From Octopus sinensis (Eukaryota), in contig NC_043014.1 in the NCBI RefSeq assembly GCF_006345805.1, positions 21,824,001 to 21,888,000 of the forward strand: a DNA stretch of 64,000 bases, given 5' to 3'. The translations under genes and the position numbers were made by a program. Shown in pieces: positions 1-11,295 of the stretch. The notes beneath the pieces are model-generated. The model had not been told where the DNA came from. It did no database searches and saw nothing but the letters and a program-made list of their open reading frames with translations. Numbering within the stretch: position 1 is the stretch's first letter; the number at the start of each line of letters is the position of its first letter.

Positions 1-47
<47 letters not shown>

Positions 48-180
48 ATGTATATACGCAAGGTATGTATACCTGCGTGTACAGGGCAATAATACATACA
101 GATACGCGTATATATGGATGTGCATGTGTACATATACATGTGAGTACAAGTTCTATATGTAGATATTGATATGTATACAT
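1..180. repeat. (TG)n/(TA)n microsatellite and degenerate flank
   Basis: Pure (TG)n at 1-38 grading into mixed TA/TG/CA dinucleotides. Confidence 0.9.
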
Positions 181-809
181 CTTCACATATATATTTTCTT
201 CTACTACTAAGCACTGACCTGTCCAACCACTTAATCTATATTCCTAAATTTTTCATTCCATACTACTACTCCTCTCTCGGTCCCATCACTTAGACTGTAT
301 TGCTACATAACTGACACTCCCTTACCTTTTACATTATTATACCTCTTTCTATCACTCCCCCCCATTCCTTCTATCTCTTTACACTCTAATACCTTTCTCT
401 CTCAATCACCCTCATCTCCCCATTCTTACTTTTAAATTATCTTGACTGACCAATAACTGGTATACTCCTTGTTTTTCTTTTTCCTTTTTTTTCTCTTTTC
501 TTTATTCCTCTCTTCTTGTTTTTGATTTGACCTTACAAATACATTCCCTACTTTTAGGTCACTTTAAATAAAACCTTTGATTCAATAGCACTGTGTACAA
601 ACTCTATACTTGGAATGACCAATTTTAAATACTATTGGATTTTACTCACAAGATATTGGAATCTTATATGTATACCATTCATTCTGCCTAAATAATGGAT
701 CTACAAATGCAATATCCCTGCATATCTCACACCTATTTTCATTCCTCCACTTCATTCTCTATTTCATATCTTATCTAAATTAACTATTGCTTAACCATTT
801 TCTCACACC

Positions 810-857
810 GTCTCCGATGAAGGGATATAATAAATATCCTGGAAACAGCTGTAAGAC
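810..857 (+). ncRNA. Minimal type-I hammerhead ribozyme motif (variant core CCGATGA)
   Basis: gtct-CCGATGA-a-gggatat[aataa]atatcct-g-GAAA-CAGCTG-TA-agac: stem I gtct/agac, 7-bp stem II, palindromic stem III, GUA cleavage triplet. Confidence 0.6.
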
Positions 858-1278
858 CTTCTATTTATAAATGTTCAAAAATCTTCACAGCCTTGGTTTT
901 TTTTTATCTCATACTGAAAAAAAAATTATGTATGTATGTATGTATGTATGCATGCATGCACACGCATGCAAAGAAAATCTCTTGGCATATGCTTATGCAA
1001 GTTAGTTGTTACATGTGAAAGATAAAGAAGGAAAAAAATCAGATAAGTGGGGGGGGGGAGAAAACAGTGGAAAAAAAGAAAAAGAAGAAACAGAAAGTTA
1101 GAGAAGGAAAGAGAAAAAATACTTAGGAAAAGATAGTTGTAAAATGATGTTTTGCACGACAAACACATATAAAAATGCACACAAAGCTACATGTATTTCT
1201 ACATAAATTCAAATACACACACATAGATACACATACATATATACAAAAAAAATATGTATGCATATATCACAGCATTGG

Positions 1279-3420
1279 TTTCTCCAGGGGTTCTCTTTCC
1301 ATTTACAAGTTCCCCATATAGCATCAGTTTAGGGATCCTGCTATCCTTCATTCTAATAAGGTATCTGGTCCAATGTAACCAGTGCTTGTGCACCATCACC
1401 TCAATACTCGAGATATCAGCTGTCCTCATGGCCTGTATGCCTGGAGTTTTTAAGGTCCATCCAACATCCAGAATAAGTCTGAGACATCTCTGATGAAACC
1501 GTTCAAAGGCCCTTACATGACGTTTGTAAAGGGTCCATGTATCACATGAGTAAAAGAGCAATGTCAGTATATATGCACAGTACACAGCGATTTTTGTTTG
1601 ACTTCTGATGCCGTGCTGGGACCAGACACGAGACTGAAGAGACCAGAAGGAATCAGTTGCTCTCTGCAGCCTGAAAGATATTTCCTCATCCAGGGAACAA
1701 GAACAGTTAAGTGCACTGCCCAGGTAGACAAACTAATCTACCACATTCAGAATTGTTCCGTTAACCAAGATAGCTGGTTCCACATATGGATTTCCTGGTG
1801 CAGGCTGGAACATTACAACAGTTGTGTCCAAGCTAATGCTGAGTCCAAAAGCCTTGCAAGAATCAGAAATATGATTCATAAGTATTTGAATGTCATCCAC
1901 AGTATGAGTGACTAAGTCACAGTTATTTGCATAAAGGAGGTCATGAATAAGAGACTAAAAAAACTTTTGAATTGGCAGCAAATTGGCGCAGATTAAGGAG
2001 GTGGCCAGAAGATCAATAACTGACATATATTCCCAGAGAGCGAACTTTAGCAAAAGCATGAGTAAAAGCCGCAGCAAAGTACAAAGAAAGAGATTTGGTG
2101 TATGGATGTCAGCCTGCTTGACACCATTCTCTACAGGAATGGGTCCCACCATGCCTCCACCAAGATTGTCTCAAGCATCCATCCCATCATAAAATGATTT
2201 AATTATAGATACAAACTGATCTGGACATCCAAGCTTGCCAAGCTTTTTCCATCAAAAAGCCCTACATACAGTATCAAAGGCCTTCGTTAAATCAATGGAC
2301 AAGGACGTCATTTAGTAGGCACCTATTCAAGCAGGTAAAAATATTTGCCAGAACCTTGCCAGCAGCTGATAGTAGAGCAATACCGCTGTAGTTACCACAC
2401 AATGTTATTGCTCCTTTTCCTTTATAGTGAGGAAGAATAATTGCGTCCTTCCAGTCCTTAGGTATTGCACCAACCCTCCAAATTGCACATGAAGGGACTG
2501 TATGATGTAATCACCACCAAATTGCAAGACCAGTACAAATGCCATCATTTCCAGATACCCTACCAAGAGTCAATTTACTTATTGATATCATTACTTCATC
2601 TATTGAGGGCATGGAATTTAAGGAGCCAATGATAAGTCTTTGTAGCATAGTATCCATCACTGTTTCATCCACAACTGACCCATGGGTTTCGAAGTTCAGA
2701 GACGTGTTCGATCCAACGACCTGCAATTTCTGTTGATTTAGTAAATAGAGTGGAAAATCCTTAGAAAGCAAAGGAGCTGATGTGGAGCTCTTAGGCCCAT
2801 AAACTTGCTTCATAAGATGGTAAAGCTTCTTGCTGTCATTTGCATCAGCAGCAGCCTGAACATCACAAGCAAGATCCTCCCACAAAGTGTTCTGCATCTT
2901 CCTGAGAGATCGCTACAGTAGTGATTTTACACTGCTATAGTGGGCAAGTACTAGATTTCCCTGCACAACAGAAAGTTTTCCCCATGCTGCAGTATGTGAG
3001 TCAGAAGCTCTTTCCTCAACACAGCATTATATATCTTGTAGACATTCAGACACTGGAGAATGCTGACTGGCCCTCTCCTCTCTTTTACTCTAATCATCAT
3101 CTGGAAGTTTGCTCACACCAGACTATGGTCTGTCCAACATTCCGATCCATGAAAAGACTTGACATTACAAATGTCATAGATGTCACACTTGTGGATGATG
3201 ACATAATCCAGCAAGTGCCAAACTTTAGACCTTGGATGCATCCACATTGTCATGTGATCACCTTTGTGCATAAAATGAGTGCTTGCGATGTAAAGTCCAT
3301 GTTCATCGTGAGCTCCAGCAGCATGAGACCATTACTGCTCATGTTCCATACTCCAAAACATTGTAGAGAGTTCCATGTTTGCCAGTCAGTTCCAACTCTG
3401 GCACTGAAATCCCGCGTGAG
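1279..3420 (-). mobile_element. Degenerate RTE-clade (BovB-like) LINE
   Basis: Minus-strand fragments: C-terminus (LLFYSCDTWTLYKRHVRAFERFHQRCLRLIL...RIPKLMLYGEL...GKR), RT remnant (PIPVENGVKQ), linker (VQAAADANDSKKLYHLMKQVYGP). Many stops and frameshifts. Confidence 0.85.
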
Positions 3421-3754
3421 CACTCACACACGTACACACATATTTTCCAAAAAAAACTGAATCTGTGAACTTTATTTTAGAACTGTAATCTCCTTCTGAA
3501 GAATAAAGCTCAAACAGAAATGTTATGGTTGATTACATGACACAAAACAGAAGAGGGCAATAAAAACCGAAAACAAAGAAACTGAAATTTTCAAAATTTT
3601 TTATGTTTATTTAATTATAATCTTCTTTGTTGAAAGCAGAAATACCAAGAAAGAAAACAAAATAATAATTGCGGAGAGATTATTCCAAAGCTTTGCCAAA
3701 TAATTACCAAGACGAAGGTATGTACATGTATGTTTGCACAAATTTTTTTTCATA

Positions 3755-4260
3755 TTCATTTTCTACACGTTTTTTTTTTTTTACACCTATTAGGCTGCTT
3801 CTTTCGTTTTGGTGACTGGGCGCTAAACTAGATCCTGAAAATTATGAGGGAAAAAACGGATCATATGAACTTTCCGACAGTCCTCTCCGCACATATTTCT
3901 TTATAATCGTAATCTATGCTGTTTGAAAGGTGTTTCTATAAAATTTCATTGAAAGATATCCATTTTCCAGAAAGTTGAAGGAAAAACGGATTGTATGAAT
4001 TTTCCGAAATCCTCTCTCCACCCCTTCCAAAAATATTTTCCCCAGAAATTTCGTTATAATTTTAATTTGTGCCATTTGAAGGGTATTTCTATAAAGTTTC
4101 ATAAAATATATCCATTTTCCTGAAAGTTATGAGGGAAATATCGGATCTTGTGAATTTTCCGAAAGTCCTCTTCCCACCCACCCCGTTCGTTTGCGTAAAT
4201 TTTTGTTTTCTACACATTATTTTACACCTAGTAGGCTGTACATATTTTTTCCCCGTGACC
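3755..4260. repeat. Short element with three ~140-bp internal repeats and direct-repeat ends
   Basis: gaaa(a/g)tt.gagggaaa..cggat..tgaa.tttccga..tcctct recurs near 3838, 3971 and 4122. tttctacac..ttttacaccta.taggctg occurs at ~3761 and ~4208. Confidence 0.55.
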
Positions 4261-5202
4261 GGGGCTTAAACAGTATATTGACCTAATCTAGTTCTATGAT
4301 AATTTAGTTCTATGATAAACACGGGATGTTTACGGCCAGAACGCCTTTGATCATTGATCTTCTCAGTCATAACTAGCTACGAGCTAAATAACTAAAAATG
4401 TGTGGCTAAATATCCCTCAAATCACACCCCTACATCTTTAAAAAAAATAGATAAACAGATACGCTCACGGCTGGAGCAACTTTTATCAATAAGAGTCGAC
4501 ATGCAACTAAGAACTAAAAATTTATCGAAGTGCGGAATATGGCCTCAACGAAATATGGTATTGCAGGGTTCAGGCATAAGCTAAAAGCAAGCTTCAACTT
4601 TAAACCTCACAAATAAAAGCATTTAGGTTTTTGATTTTTATGAGACCATCTGGTGTAAGTTTAAAAATGTAGCATGCACGTCTAAATCCGACACAGGATG
4701 TATGGATTATGAGATATTGGAAACAACGTAGCGTGTAAGACCAAAACTGAATATTTTAAGGAACTCAGTAAAATACTGGCGTCAAAAAATCGTTTAATTT
4801 GTTAATCGTATGTTTAACAGCGTCTTTCAACAAGGGCGTCCTGCGTCCACTGGACCTGCTAAAAATAGCAATCAAATCTCCTTAAAAATCACACACCTTG
4901 GATAACATAGTCATGAATATATAAAAACACGGAATGTTTACGGCTGGAACGTTTTTTCGTTGTTTTTTATTATCATAGAACTGTTCGATCAGCGTTGACC
5001 TAGGGCTAAATAACACCTGACCCTTTAATTTGCTATAGTACGACTCAGCCTACAGAGACTAGCAAACTTAAAAATTAAAACTGAGTAGGAAAATGTGCAC
5101 TAAAGACAAGTATATTAACCACATTAAGTAACAATAATTTCTTACACAGACACAAGGCCACGATTTTGTTTTTATCACATCAACTCAGTACTTTACTAGG
5201 AT

Positions 5203-5454
5203 GGTAAATTTTGGGAAGTACACCCGCATGTACTAAGAAGAAAAAAAAAGACCTCGGATTTTTTTGCATGAAATCAAATTTCCAGTGATTCCGGGATGGA
5301 GGGGGGGGTCTGGTTTCCCACCCCACCTCTTTTTTTCCGAATAAAAATAAGGGGCTTGCGGCATATTAGGGGGTCAGAGTGCTTGATCCCATGCAAAAAA
5401 TCGAGGTTTTTTTTCTTAGGGAAACGCGTGCAGGTGTACTTCCCAAAATTTACC
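5203..5454. mobile_element. MITE with GGTAAATTTTGGGAAGTACACC terminal inverted repeats
   Basis: Perfect 22-bp TIR with imperfect extension to ~70 bp. GG-starting ends are compatible with Merlin/MULE. No clear TSD. Confidence 0.75.
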
Positions 5455-5471
5455 AAATTAGAACTACATTT

Positions 5472-5880
5472 GGATCTTTTCAGTTTGAACGGCAGTTTTT
5501 TCTAGCGGTGTCATATGAAATTGTCACCCATAATTATGACCCTAGTATCGATCTATTGCATTTCAATCTATTTTAGGGTTAGGGTGGGGGGAAGGGTATC
5601 TTTTTTCTTCAGAAATGTAAAAAAAAACAATCTGTTTCTTAAACGAGGGACATATTCATAGGACACAGAATGTTTTCACCTCAAATACACGTCATTGATT
5701 GGTTGAAATTGCCAAACTTGAAGAAAATATCTTACAAACATCTTACAAACTATAGAATTTTCTCAATAAAGCCAAGAGAAAAAGATGTTTTATAAACACA
5801 TTCTACCAGTATACGAAGTTTAAAATTTTTTAGTTACCTAGAAATTATGTTAAAAACTGCCGTTCAAACCGAAAAGATCC
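5472..5880. mobile_element. GGATC-ended MITE, short copy
   Basis: ggatcttttcagtttgaacggcag ... ctgccgttcaaaccgaaaagatcc. Body shared with copies at 10241, 14026 and 15615. Confidence 0.85.
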
Positions 5881-6278
5881 CTTATATTTTACTAATTCTG
5901 AAAGGATGAAAGTCAAAGTAGATCTTGGTTGGATTTGAACTCAGAACGTAACGAGATGTAAAAAATAAATACCTCAGGGCAGTTAAAATGGTGATAATCT
6001 ATGTCGGTCCTTTCTGTTTCAGACAAAGAAAGGAATACGTCTGATTGTTCTTCCGGTACACGAACTTCACTGTGCGAAGCAGCTTTAGCTGTCAATGGAA
6101 TGCTGAAAACATCAGCAAAAATCCTTCCAATCGTATCCCACCGTCTTCAAAAGAGGACACACAAAATGTGGTCCTAGATACACTACAACGGGGGAGGGGA
6201 CGGTATACTGAAACTTGTTCAATAGAGGCTGATCAGGAATTCAATAACACAACCTCCATAAAAAAAAGTATTAACATA

Positions 6279-6662
6279 GGCGCAGGCATCGCTGTGTGGT
6301 AAGAAGTTGCTTCCCAACCACATGGTTCCGAGTTAAGTGCCACTGCGTGGTACCTTGGGCAAGTGTCATCCACTATAGCGACGGGCTGACCAAAGCCTTG
6401 TGAGTGGATTTGGTAGATGGAAACTGAAAGAAGCCCGTCGGACGAAAGGACAGACAGATAGATAGGTGTGTGTGTCTTTGAGTCTGTGTTCCCGCCATCA
6501 CAGCTTGACAACTGGTGTTGTGTGTATACTAAGCGGTTTGGCAAAATAAACCGATAGAATGAGTACCAAGTTTTAACAAATAATTACTGAAGTCGATCAT
6601 TCGACTAAAAATTCAAGGCGATGTTTCAGCATGGACGCAGTCTAATGACTGAAACAAGAAAA
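6279..6662 (+). mobile_element. tRNA-headed SINE, family A
   Basis: tRNA-like head, core ccaaagccttgtgagtggatttggtagatggaaactgaaagaagccc, central (TG)n, tail cagcatgg..gcagtc.aatgactgaaacaag. More than 10 copies or halves in the window. Confidence 0.85.
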
Positions 6663-7188
6663 CAGTAATTTTGGCTACCAAATCCTAAAGTTTTTAATAA
6701 TCTTATAAATAATAATAACCATCAAGTTAACACAATATAGCATTTCACTTCAAAACATTATCAATTTCCAACTTGTCTATTGAATCGTTCTGAGAGGTGG
6801 CGAATATTCGGAACTCTAAATTAGAGGCGTTTGAAACAAGATTGGACTGTGCTTGTGAGAATAAAGAGCAAAGATTCAAACCAAAAGTAAAAATACTTAT
6901 CCAACTTGACAATCGCAAAATAATACCAAAATGTGAAAGAACTTCAGCTAGGTGTAACCTAGATGAAACCTATTTCCAAGTCACCTATTACTAATACCTG
7001 TAATCGCTATGAAAAATCATTTATGTAGCATTCACAAATTGATTATTACTTCCGTCATATGCGGAGTCTGTTCCCTACCTCTCTCTCTCACTCTCTTGTG
7101 TAGCTTCATCTATAATGAATCACAAAAAGTCCATGACACTCTGCCACCAATTCTGACGTTACCTAATCTCGACCGTAAATATTTAAGT

Positions 7189-7255
7189 TATCCTCGCTTT
7201 TACGGTCCTAAACTGAAATTGGTCTTTTGAATAGAGGACCGTAAAAGCGAGGATA
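7189..7255. repeat. Perfect 21-bp inverted repeat with 25-nt spacer (possible mini-MITE)
   Basis: tatcctcgcttttacggtcct (7189-7209) / aggaccgtaaaagcgaggata (7235-7255). Confidence 0.8.
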
Positions 7256-7516
7256 TCCAATATTTTTGTTCGCTACTTTCTGTTTATATATTGCAACATG
7301 CTGTAATTTCGTGGTTGAAATGAACGAAATGAAGTGAAAACAGTCAGTTTGCACCTCCAGTACTTTGATAAAGACAATTTCAATAATAATCAATAGGCTC
7401 AGAAGAACAAGTTAGGTGATTTTGGTTTCCGCTGCCAGTTAAATAACTACATGTGTGAAAACGAAGCTCCCTGATTATTTTTTCACACGTTAGTTTACAA
7501 TATATAATAATGACAA

Positions 7517-7900
7517 GGCGGCAAGCTGGCAGAATCGTTAGCACACCGAGCAAAAAATGCTTTGCGGCATTTCGTCTGTCTTTCGAAAGTCAGTCAATAA
7601 AATAAGTATCAGTTAAGTGCTGGGATCGATGTAATCGACTTACCCTCTCCCCCGAATTTGCTGGCCTTGTGCCAAAATCTGAAATTACTATATAACAATA
7701 ATCCTCTTTCTACTATAGGAACAAGGCATGAAATTTGGAGGATGGGGCTAGTTGATTACATTGATCCCGATGCTCAAATGGTAATTATTTTATCAAATCC
7801 CGAAAGATTAACAGGTAAAGTCGACTTCGGTGGTGTTTGAACTCAGAACGTGAAGAGCCAGAAGAAATGCATCGATACGATAACGAGCCAACCAGATCGG
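7517..7900. mobile_element. Two SINE family B copies, tail to tail
   Basis: ggcggcaagctggcagaatcgttagc head on + (7517-7690) and an inverted copy (7700-7900). Related copies near 31510-31830, 39695-40255, 52950-53180 and 61740-61955. Confidence 0.75.
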
Positions 7901-7990
7901 CAATCATACAAATATAACAATAACTTAATGTCAACAAATAAATAAGTTATACAGAAAAAATAATAGAAACATCATGAACAAAGGTCTTAC

Positions 7991-8092
7991 TTCCTTGGTG
8001 ACTAAATGTCCAGTAACACGCTTCATGTCAACGCATTTGCTACAGGAAACAACCAGAAGACAGAGCCACAAGCAGTAACATTTTTTGTTCAT
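7991..8092 (-). CDS. TMEM145: First coding exon of a TMEM145-like (GPR180/TMEM145 family) membrane protein
   Basis: ATG at 8092 gives MNKKCYCLWLCLLVVSCSKCVDMKRVTGHLVTKE (34 aa) ending at a phase-0 GAA|GTAAG donor. A signal-peptide-like N-terminus is followed by KRVTGHLVTKE, resembling KYVRGNLSSKE recalled for TMEM145. There is an in-frame upstream ATG at 8155. Exon 2 was not found in the window. Confidence 0.6.
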
Positions 8093-9066
8093 GTTGGAGC
8101 TGAAACGAAAAGTCCATTCAACGGTTTCCTTCAAGGCAACACCAAGGTCCCTCATTTTAAATGTTTCGCCATTTTCTATGTCATTGCCTACTGTTATTCT
8201 TCTGTTATATAATGAAGTTTTGTTGTTAAGTAGAGTCTGATTAAAGCGAGTCTGAGCTTGTAGTAAGGCAATTAAAACATGGACAGTTCGGTCCACTCAT
8301 CTCTGTACTTTCCAGCTAACATCATCCAATATGATAGAGAAATACATCAAACGCAACAATGGCCGCTAAGAAAAATCCACGACACTCCTTACCGTCTTCC
8401 CTCTTTTTTTCTCTTTCACTTTCTTTCTCTTTCTATCATTTGTGTATGTGCGTTCTCCGCTCTTTCTTTTTTTCTCATGTCATTGCCCCCTTTCTCTTTT
8501 GTTTCTGTACGTCAGTTACTTTTCTGATGCTCTTTAACATTCTTCTCTCTATTGATCAATCTAAATATGAAGTAGTAATTCATCTGTCTGTCTATTTATC
8601 TATTGCCCCACCAATCAATCTCTCTGCTTACCTTACCTATAAACATATCTACGAATCTTTTTTCTTATTTTGTTTTATTATTTATCTTTATAAGCAATAA
8701 CATATTTGTTTTGTGTTGTTAATATCTATTAGTCGCTGTATGTATTGATGTTATTGTTACTGTTGTCATTATTTTTTGTTTGTGTTTCTGTTGCTGTTAG
8801 TTTTAATTTGTTGCCTAGCAATCACTACCAATCCTCATTAACTTGAGCATTGAAATAAAATATCCAACCATTACAGGGAAGAGTCCTCACCTCCCACTAC
8901 TACCTCTGTTTGTGTCCCCCCCCCCCGCTTTAAAACAAATTATCTCTTCCCATACAAATACATTATGTATGTGTATATGTATGTATATACACACACACAC
9001 ACACATTAATGTGTATTTATGTATGAATCTATAGATATTTCATTTGTATGCATACGCACACATACA

Positions 9067-10232
9067 CAGCCATACCACTTGATACTTTCCCGAAGATTTA
9101 CCGCTAAACGAAACAGCGCTTTATGGGGTCATTAAAACATAGACTCATTGTTTAATAGACTAATTTGACATGAACATAAAAGATGATAGACATCGCCAAT
9201 CGACTGAAAAAATTTATCGGGAGACTTGCTATCACACCCTTTAAGCAATTAACTTTAGATAACTTCATACAATGTGTCTTACGATAAAGTTAGAAAACAA
9301 ATTTAAAATTCAGTGTTATAAAATTAAACATACAACAGGTTGAGTTAATCAACTTTATTGACAATTTACACATACCTTCTCACCATAAATTATGTTCAAA
9401 ATGCAAAATGAGAGGAAAGAAATGATTATTTGAAATGTGAGTCCGAGCTGTGGTTTTTCTTTATGCAGCGATGGCTGTCTTTCGAAAATTCTCTTATCTG
9501 CGTTTTGGCTCTTGTAAATAGATCATGGTAGCAGGACATCAAGTCCAGAATCCTTTTTTATTTGATTTTATTATTATTTTTTTTCCTTGCTGCTACGCTC
9601 CCAATCAAAGTAACTCAGTAAACTGATCCATAACTTCCGCAATTTTAATGAGGCTATTACTGAGGAATTCAGCAGATAAAATTTTTTTCTCGTTATTACT
9701 AGTCAACAGCAGGATCTTCGACGCTTCAGTTGATGAACACTTACTATGAGACTCTATTAACCTCGAGAAATCTTCCACGTTTACATTTTGCAGGCTTCCT
9801 TTATTGATCAGCTTAACAATAACATACTGTTATTTCGTTGTCATACTGTTATTTCTTTTCTTCTATCTTTTAGTTCTTCGTTTCAGGTTAATTAGTGATT
9901 ATCTAGAGCCTTTATGATATCGAACATTTTCTTTGATAAATGTTTTGATTTAGTCATCTGTTCGTTCAACAATTTGCCTGAAAGTGCGACGAAGGTATGA
10001 TACTGATCCATAGGTTGAACTAAGGAAATGGTGTTTGGTGGTAAGTAAACAACTTCGTCAGGATTTCAGGTTGAATATCGAGATTTTGGAGTTGGCCAGG
10101 TGCATGCCAATCACCAACAATGCTTTAGGTTATGTTCCTAGCAATATCTTTTCATTGCTAGACAAAAGTCAATTGTGTTTTATTTGACTTATCCACTTCT
10201 GTACTTTTTTTTGTTTTTGTTTTTGTCTAGAA
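9067..10232 (-). mobile_element. Degenerate Tigger/pogo transposon, 3' part
   Basis: Minus strand reads EVVYLPPNTISLVQPMDQ, YLRRTFRQIVE, FDIIKALDN, DWERSSK and GILDLMSCYHDL, typical of pogo/Tigger DDE_1 and C-terminal regions. Possible TIR cagccatacc at 9067. Confidence 0.75.
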
Positions 10233-10240
10233 TCAAATTC

Positions 10241-11119
10241 GGATCTTTTCCTTTTGAACGGCCCTTTGTAACATAATTTCTAGGTAACTAAAAAGTTTTT
10301 AACTTCGTATACTGGTAGAATGTGTTTATAAAACATCATTTGGATCTTTTCCTTTTGAACGGCACATGTCAACACAATTTCTAGTTAACTAAACACTTTT
10401 AAACTTCGTATACTGGTAGAATGTGTTTATAAAACATCATTTTTTTTTTGGCTTTATTGAGAAAATTCTATAGTTTGTAAGATATTTCCACTTTAAAATC
10501 GAGCATTTCGGCAATTTTAACCAATCGCTGACCTCCATTTGGGGTGAAAACATTCCGTGCTGTATGAATATGTCCCTCCTTTAAAAAACAGATTGGGTTT
10601 ATTTACATTTGCGAAGAAAAAAAGATACCCTTCCCCCACTCCTAACCCTAACTCTAAAACAGATTGAAATGCAATAGATCGATACTAGGGTTATAATTAT
10701 GGGTGATATTTTCATTTGACACCGCGAGAAAAAAATCCCATTTTCCGTAGCGGTGTCGTATGAAATTGTCACCCATAATTATAACCCTAGTATCGATCTA
10801 TTGCATTTCAATCTGGGTTAGGGTGGGGAAAGGGTATCTTTTTTTCTTCGCAAATGTAAATAAACTCAATCTGTTTCTTAAAGGAGGGACATATTCATAC
10901 AGCACGGAATGTTTTCACCCCAAATGGACTCCAGCGATTGGTTAAAATTGCCGAAATGCTCGATTTTAAAGTGGAAATATCTTACAAACTATAGAATTTT
11001 CTCAATAAAGCCAAGAAAAAATGATGTTTTATAAACACATTCTACCAGTATACGAAGTTTAAAAGTGTTTAGTTAACTAGAAATTGTGTTGACATGTGCC
11101 GTTCAAAAGGAATAGATCC
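10241..11119. mobile_element. GGATC-ended MITE, almost fully palindromic, 8-bp TSD
   Basis: TSD tcaaattc at 10233-10240 and 11120-11127. Arms of ~370-400 bp are inverted about ~10745. The left ~101 bp is tandemly duplicated. Confidence 0.9.
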
Positions 11120-11295
11120 TCAAATTCTTATTTTCATATACAATATATAAACATGTACATTCTTTAGAACATTGTCATTTTATAAGATTTTGCTGGCAAA
11201 TTTTAAAATTAACATAAACATTTATTTATATGAAAAACAGAGAGAACTTTCATTTAATTCCTCCAAATCTTTCTGTTAAAAGTATTTGTGGGGAA

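Noticed and set aside
9376-9500. Possible upstream exon of the TMEM145-like gene (aag|gtatgt on -)
   Set aside because: Lies in the Tigger remnant, with no independent support.
10028-10046. Apparent first exon ATG GTG TTT GGT G|gtaagt on +
   Set aside because: It is the antisense of the Tigger motif YLPPNTIS.
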